From Thermodesulfobacteriota bacterium (GTDB lineage: Bacteria; Desulfobacterota; Desulfarculia; JACQYL01): a DNA stretch of 64,000 nt. The notes under the pieces are model-generated. The model saw only the letters and a program-made list of their open reading frames with translations. It was not told where the DNA came from and searched no databases. Where the stretch lies: assembly GCA_963675595.2 (NCBI GenBank), contig CAXXLZ010000002.1, positions 3,008,001 through 3,072,000 of the forward strand, read 5' to 3'. Made by a program: the position numbers and the translations under genes. Of the stretch, positions 59,308 through 64,000 are shown in pieces (positions within the stretch are counted from its first letter, which is position 1; every line of letters starts with the position of its first letter).

Positions 59308-60330
59308 ATGAAACCTGCAATCGGAGTCATCGGTGCCGGAAGCTGGGGAACCGCCCTTGCCAATCTTCTCGCCCTGAACGGCCATGACGTCCACTTGTGG
59401 GTGTTCGAGGAGCCGGTTTTGAAGGAAATTCGAGACCATGGGGAGAACAAGACATTCTTGCCCGGAATCCGGCTCGAACCCAACATTCGTCCAACGGGAG
59501 ACCTGGCGGAAGCCGCTTCCCGGAAGGATATCCTGCTCTTGGTAGTCCCTTCCCACGTCTATCGGGGGGTCGTGAGACAAGCAGCCTCCTCAGTGGACCA
59601 ACATTGTGTGGTTGCCAGCGCGGCCAAGGGCATCGAGAATGACTCCCTCGATCTGATGTCCGAAGTGTTGGATCAGGAACTCAGCCATCGTGTCGCGTCC
59701 AGGCATTGCTTTCTTTCCGGACCCAGTTTCGCTCGAGAGGTGGCCGCCAAGCTGCCGACCGCCGTCACGGCGGCTTCCCACTCTCATGAAGCTGCGAGCC
59801 TTATTCAAAAGGTTTTCTCCAACGAATTCTTTCGAGTGTACACTTCCCAGGACGTGGTCGGCGTGGAACTCGGCGGAGCGGTGAAGAACGTCGTCGCCAT
59901 CGCCGCCGGAGCCTGCCAGGGTCTGGAACTCGGGCAAAATACCCTTGCCGCTCTGATCACCAGGGGGTTGGCCGAAATGACGCGTCTCGGGATAGCCATG
60001 GGAGCCAATCCACTATCGTTTGCGGGTCTGGCGGGTATCGGCGATTTGGTTCTGACCTGCACCAGCGGCATGAGTAGAAATCAGTCCGTTGGATTCAAAC
60101 TCGGCCGGGGTATGACCCTCGCGGAAATTCTAAAGGATATGGTCATGGTGGCGGAGGGAGTGAGAACTTCCATATCCATCCATGATCTGTCCCATAAACA
60201 CGGCATCGAAATGCCCATTTGTGAACAGGTCTACCGTATCCTGTACAAAGACAAATCCCCCATGGAAGCGGTCAAGGAGCTCATGACACGTGAGCTCAAG
60301 TCCGAATTTTCCGGAATTGAGGCCCTATAA
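59308..60330 (+). CDS. gpsA: NAD(P)H-dependent glycerol-3-phosphate dehydrogenase
   Basis: IGAGSWGTA, SGPSFA, GAVKNV, GDLVLTC..SRN, AEGV. Confidence 0.95.
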   Translation: MKPAIGVIGAGSWGTALANLLALNGHDVHLWVFEEPVLKEIRDHGENKTFLPGIRLEPNIRPTGDLAEAASRKDILLLVVPSHVYRGVVRQAASSVDQHCVVASAAKGIENDSLDLMSEVLDQELSHRVASRHCFLSGPSFAREVAAKLPTAVTAASHSHEAASLIQKVFSNEFFRVYTSQDVVGVELGGAVKNVVAIAAGACQGLELGQNTLAALITRGLAEMTRLGIAMGANPLSFAGLAGIGDLVLTCTSGMSRNQSVGFKLGRGMTLAEILKDMVMVAEGVRTSISIHDLSHKHGIEMPICEQVYRILYKDKSPMEAVKELMTRELKSEFSGIEAL

Positions 60331-60406
60331 GGGAGTTTCCCGGTCAACCATCCGCAGTTCAGTCCTCTCGGAACCCATCCATTGAAAATACAAGGGAGAA
60401 AGCCCC

Positions 60407-62140
60407 ATGACTCTCGCTCTGAAGCCCCGGCCGAAGAAGCGCGCGCGGAAGATAGTTTTTGTGTCTTTCGAGACGGAATTTTCGCCTTTCGGCGGTCTCA
60501 CGGCGGTTATGAAGATCCTTCCCAAAATGATGACCCGTTTTGAAACAAACGGATGTTTCACCATCGCACCCTATTTCCGGAATATAACCCGGTGCCGCGA
60601 ACATCTCTTTCTTGAGGTTCGAGACACCGGTCTTCGTCTTCAGATACCTTTCGACGGGGTTGGACACGAAGCGAGCCTTTATGTGCACACGGACTCGAAA
60701 GGATTCGAAACATTTCTGGTCTATTCCCCTTCTTTTTTTCAGTCGCCTTGTGATTGCGGCAATCCTCCGGCTCCCGAGGCTCCCTGCAATCCCTATTGGG
60801 ACCCCTCGAAACCCGAACAACTCCTTCAGGATGCTTTGTTCTTCTGTGCGGCCGTTCCCAAGGTTCTCGTGGCGCTGAAGCGGACTCAGAACCTGGTGGT
60901 TCATCTTCAGGATTGGCAGAGTTCTTTGGCTGTTTTCACGTTGAGGCAGGAGCCGGCCATAGGTTCGTGTTCGTGCCTGCTGACGCTTCACAATCCCTAC
61001 GATACGGTTATAGACGACTACCAGTTTCGAAAGATCTGCGATGAGCCGGTGTTTCACGGAACCGCTCTCACCCGGGCCATACCTTTCATGGACGGCCCGT
61101 TGTCCACAGTGTCCGAAAACTTCGGCCAAGAGCTCACCGGAGAGGTTCTGCACACCGAAGTCTATGCTCCCCACCTTCAGGAATTCTTCCGTTCGAAAGG
61201 GTTGATCGGCGTCAACAACGGTTCGTTTCTGGAGCACGATTTCCCGCAAGAGCTTCTAAATGCTGCGGATCAGGGAGATCTGGAGCCACTGCACGAAGAA
61301 AAGCGGAAGCGAAGGAAGCGGCTGGACAAGAGCCTTCTAAATAGTCCGCTCTCGGGTGCATGGGGACGCCTTGATCTGGAAGGATATGAAGGTCCCATCT
61401 TTTTCATGTTTGGACGCGATGATCCCAGGCAAAAGGGATACGATCTCGCCGCCGCAGCAGTCTATCGAATGGAACCGCGAAGTGCCCGATTCATTTTCGC
61501 TCCCATTCCGGGGGAGGAGCAGTTGGAGGGACTCAACTTTTTGAACAAGCTGGCTACCGAACATCGGGTTGGGGAGGTCCTTGTGTTTCCATATCGCGTG
61601 GAGCCCGAGTTGTATGGAAATCTTCTGCAGGGCGCTTCTTTTCTCTTTATGCCCTCCCTTTACGAACCGTTCGGCGGGTCCACGGAAGGGTACGCCTCCG
61701 GAACTCCGGTGGTAGCCAGGGCCACCGGAGGACTGGTGCAGCAAGTGGTTCCAAGAAGAGGAAAATCGTTCAGCCATGCGGTTTCCTGGAGGGCTTCAAG
61801 ATTCCACGGACCATCCGCTCCCTCCACTGGATTCCTTTTTCGTGAACCGGATATGGAACCGTGGGAGACGACCGCCGGCTGGAGGGGAATCGTGGAATGT
61901 TCCTACCAACGTCAGACGCCTAGAGGAAGCAGAGTCCAGGACCGCCTAAGGTTCAGGCTGTTCGACGGCATGGTTCAGGAGGCCGCCTGGACTTTGCAGG
62001 AAGCCATAGAAATCTATGAACGGTATCCAATGACCTATGTTCGAATGATTCGTAACGGTATCGCCATGTTGGAGAACTTCCCCTGGGAACGCTCGGTCAG
62101 GGATTACCAGAGGTTATACGACATGGTCACCGATATTTAG
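60407..62140 (+). CDS. Glycogen/starch synthase-like GT-B glycosyltransferase (atypical GT5)
   Basis: KIVFVSFE..GGL, HLQDWQ, LTLHN, TVS, GR..QKG, MPSLYEPFG, GTPVVARATGGL. Confidence 0.78.
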   Translation: MTLALKPRPKKRARKIVFVSFETEFSPFGGLTAVMKILPKMMTRFETNGCFTIAPYFRNITRCREHLFLEVRDTGLRLQIPFDGVGHEASLYVHTDSKGFETFLVYSPSFFQSPCDCGNPPAPEAPCNPYWDPSKPEQLLQDALFFCAAVPKVLVALKRTQNLVVHLQDWQSSLAVFTLRQEPAIGSCSCLLTLHNPYDTVIDDYQFRKICDEPVFHGTALTRAIPFMDGPLSTVSENFGQELTGEVLHTEVYAPHLQEFFRSKGLIGVNNGSFLEHDFPQELLNAADQGDLEPLHEEKRKRRKRLDKSLLNSPLSGAWGRLDLEGYEGPIFFMFGRDDPRQKGYDLAAAAVYRMEPRSARFIFAPIPGEEQLEGLNFLNKLATEHRVGEVLVFPYRVEPELYGNLLQGASFLFMPSLYEPFGGSTEGYASGTPVVARATGGLVQQVVPRRGKSFSHAVSWRASRFHGPSAPSTGFLFREPDMEPWETTAGWRGIVECSYQRQTPRGSRVQDRLRFRLFDGMVQEAAWTLQEAIEIYERYPMTYVRMIRNGIAMLENFPWERSVRDYQRLYDMVTDI

Positions 62141-62186
62141 GACTGGTTCTTCAGTAACAACCCCAATGAGCGGAAAGGAAGGAATA

Positions 62187-63425
62187 ATGAGAAAGTATTT
62201 GCCGTTAGGGGCCGTGGCGCTCCTGTTGCTGTTCACCTTGGGCTGCGGAGGAATGCTTGCTCGCGACGCTTTTCAGCCTGTGGACTTGAACCCCGAATGG
62301 GGAACGGGCCGATGGGTCAAGAAGGTCGACCAGTTTGCGGTGATCCTGGATTCCTCCATGTCCATGGCGGGCGACTGCCGCGCGCAGGGTAAGTTTGACC
62401 GTGCACACGCATTGGTCGGCCGTTTGAACCAAACCATTCCCGAGATGGAACTGACGAGTGAGTTGCGAACCTTCGGTGCGGGCACCAGGAGATTCGGCAC
62501 TCGGAATCTGCTGGTGTACGGTCCCAAACCCTACTCTTCCGACGAGTTCGCGGCCGCGCTGGACACCATAAGATGGGCCGGAGGCGAGAGTCCCCTTGAC
62601 AAAGCCATAGAGGACGCGTGCGCGGACTTCGCTTCCAGCGAGGGTCGAACCGCCGTCATCATCTTCAGCGATGGGGAACTCATGGACGACGCTCCCAAGA
62701 ACGCCGCGCGAAAGATGGCGGCCCAATTTGGTGATCGCCTCTGCTTTCACACCGTTTTCGTGGGTAACAGCTATAACGGCAAGATTCTGATGGACGAAAT
62801 CGCCGCTGAAGGAAACTGCGGGTCCTCAGTGAACGCGGCGGACATCGCCTCCCCGGAGGGCATGGCGGACTTCGTCAGGAGTGTCTTCTTTGATGACTCC
62901 GGAATCATGGACAGTGACGGAGACGGTGTCCCGGACCATTTGGATCAGTGTCCCGGTACGCCCAAGGGAGTCCGGGTCGATTCCAAAGGATGCCCCATCG
63001 AACCCCGGGACAGTGACGGGGACGGCGTTATCGACGACAAGGACGAGTGTCCGGGAACACCCAAAGGTGCACGAGTCGACGAAAGAGGATGCTGGGTGGT
63101 GGAGAACGTCTTCTTCGACACGGACAAATCCAAAATCAAGCCGCAAGGGTTCAAAGTACTTGACGAAGTGGTTCCGGTCCTGGAACAGAATCCGGATCTG
63201 AAGGTGGAAGTTCAGGGTCATGCCGATATTCGGGGAACCGAGGAGTACAATCGGAAGCTGTCTCTCAGGCGGGCAAACGCCGTAAGGGCCTATCTGGTCA
63301 AGAAAGGCGTCGATGCGGAACGCCTGACGGTGGTGGGTTATGGTTTTTCAAAACCCGCGGCGCCCAACGATACCAAAGAAGGCATGGCGAAAAACCGCCG
63401 AGTTGAATTCATGCCTTTGCCCTAG
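62187..63425 (+). CDS. Lipoprotein: VWA + 2 TSP3-like repeats + OmpA-like domain
   Basis: Lipobox LG-C; DSSMS..SDG; two DSDGDG..CPGTP..GC units; GHAD..N..LS.RRA..NRRVE. Confidence 0.9.
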   Translation: MRKYLPLGAVALLLLFTLGCGGMLARDAFQPVDLNPEWGTGRWVKKVDQFAVILDSSMSMAGDCRAQGKFDRAHALVGRLNQTIPEMELTSELRTFGAGTRRFGTRNLLVYGPKPYSSDEFAAALDTIRWAGGESPLDKAIEDACADFASSEGRTAVIIFSDGELMDDAPKNAARKMAAQFGDRLCFHTVFVGNSYNGKILMDEIAAEGNCGSSVNAADIASPEGMADFVRSVFFDDSGIMDSDGDGVPDHLDQCPGTPKGVRVDSKGCPIEPRDSDGDGVIDDKDECPGTPKGARVDERGCWVVENVFFDTDKSKIKPQGFKVLDEVVPVLEQNPDLKVEVQGHADIRGTEEYNRKLSLRRANAVRAYLVKKGVDAERLTVVGYGFSKPAAPNDTKEGMAKNRRVEFMPLP

Positions 63426-63451
63426 CTCCGACTTAGGCGGCAACGGACAAT

Positions 63452-63490
63452 AAAGGGGAAGCCGATCGCTCAGAGGTTTCCCCTTTTTTT
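63452..63490. terminator. Terminator between convergent genes
   Basis: AAAGGGGAAGCC..GGTTTCCCCTTTTTTT. Confidence 0.7.
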
Positions 63491-63505
63491 GTCGTCCCGT
63501 TTCGT

Positions 63506-64000
63506 CTAACGCAGAATAACAACCGAACAGGGGCTGTTTCGAACCATCTCTCCCGACCATCCTTTCGGTGTGAAACGGTTCAGTAAGGATTTCTTACCCA
63601 TCCACAAAGCCGCAAGGTCGGGAGCATCGTCGCTCACAAGGAGCCTGTCGAGCTCCGAGACTTCCTTTAATTGCACAAAGGTTTCTATTCCGCGGGAGGA
63701 GAAATACTCCTGAGTTCGCCACAGTTGTTGATCCACATCATAACGAATTCCCAAGTCCCTTGTGAGGCCCACCAAGCTTAGTCCGGCGGCATGCATCGTC
63801 GCCAACTGATTGACCATTTCCAGGGATTCCTGGCTCACGTTGTCTTCATCCAAGTAACAAGAAATATTCTTGATTTCACGGTCCTCCTTCACCACCATCA
63901 CCGAGCAGCCGGACTCGTCCACCACGCGCTGTGGAACATTCCCCGGATTCTTCCAGGTGCAACCTTCCCCTTTGCCGCATCCGATGATGATCAAGTCGTG
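63506..64000 (-). CDS. Universal stress protein (tandem USP), 3' part
   Basis: DLIIIG..VVDESGCSVMVVK and MVRNSPCSVVILR USP C-terminal motifs; the frame stays open to the window end. Confidence 0.7.
   Translation of the reverse strand, partial: HDLIIIGCGKGEGCTWKNPGNVPQRVVDESGCSVMVVKEDREIKNISCYLDEDNVSQESLEMVNQLATMHAAGLSLVGLTRDLGIRYDVDQQLWRTQEYFSSRGIETFVQLKEVSELDRLLVSDDAPDLAALWMGKKSLLNRFTPKGWSGEMVRNSPCSVVILR

Overview
GC-rich chromosomal window from an anaerobic deltaproteobacterium (Desulfobacterota-like, inferred from gene content), probably spanning the replication origin. Left to right: an rpoH / TPR / lipoprotein / Mut7-C block; a Liv-type ABC importer operon with an acyl-CoA ligase; a dGTPase-like gene; a PEP-CTERM surface protein behind a sigma54 promoter and a c-di-GMP-I riboswitch; an M48 peptidase and paaK; an ~8 kb signalling cluster (OrpR-like Cys-PAS sigma54 activator, NifX/Orp-like protein, kinase, pseudo-kinase, three stand-alone receivers, CBS protein, DASS transporter); csp; a Cdc48-type AAA ATPase with a His/Cys-rich leader downstream of lptF and hypABFDE (no hypC; hypB apparently starts at CTG); a VWA-(TSP3)x20-OmpA protein; the Wood-Ljungdahl carbonyl-branch operon acsF-D-A(cooS, frameshifted)-B-C-E with Rex-like sites; a strongly diverged dnaA, putative oriC, dnaN, gyrB, BON, gyrA, gpsA, an atypical GT5 glycosyltransferase, a 2-repeat OmpA paralog and a partial USP gene. 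No CRISPR array, rRNA, tRNA or mobile element was recognised. The best candidates for undescribed systems are the OrpR-like redox-sensing phosphorelay/DASS module, the His/Cys-tailed Cdc48 next to the hyp genes, the sigma54 plus riboswitch control of the PEP-CTERM gene, and the degenerate DnaA/oriC pair. All calls come from motif reading by eye; no database searches were run.
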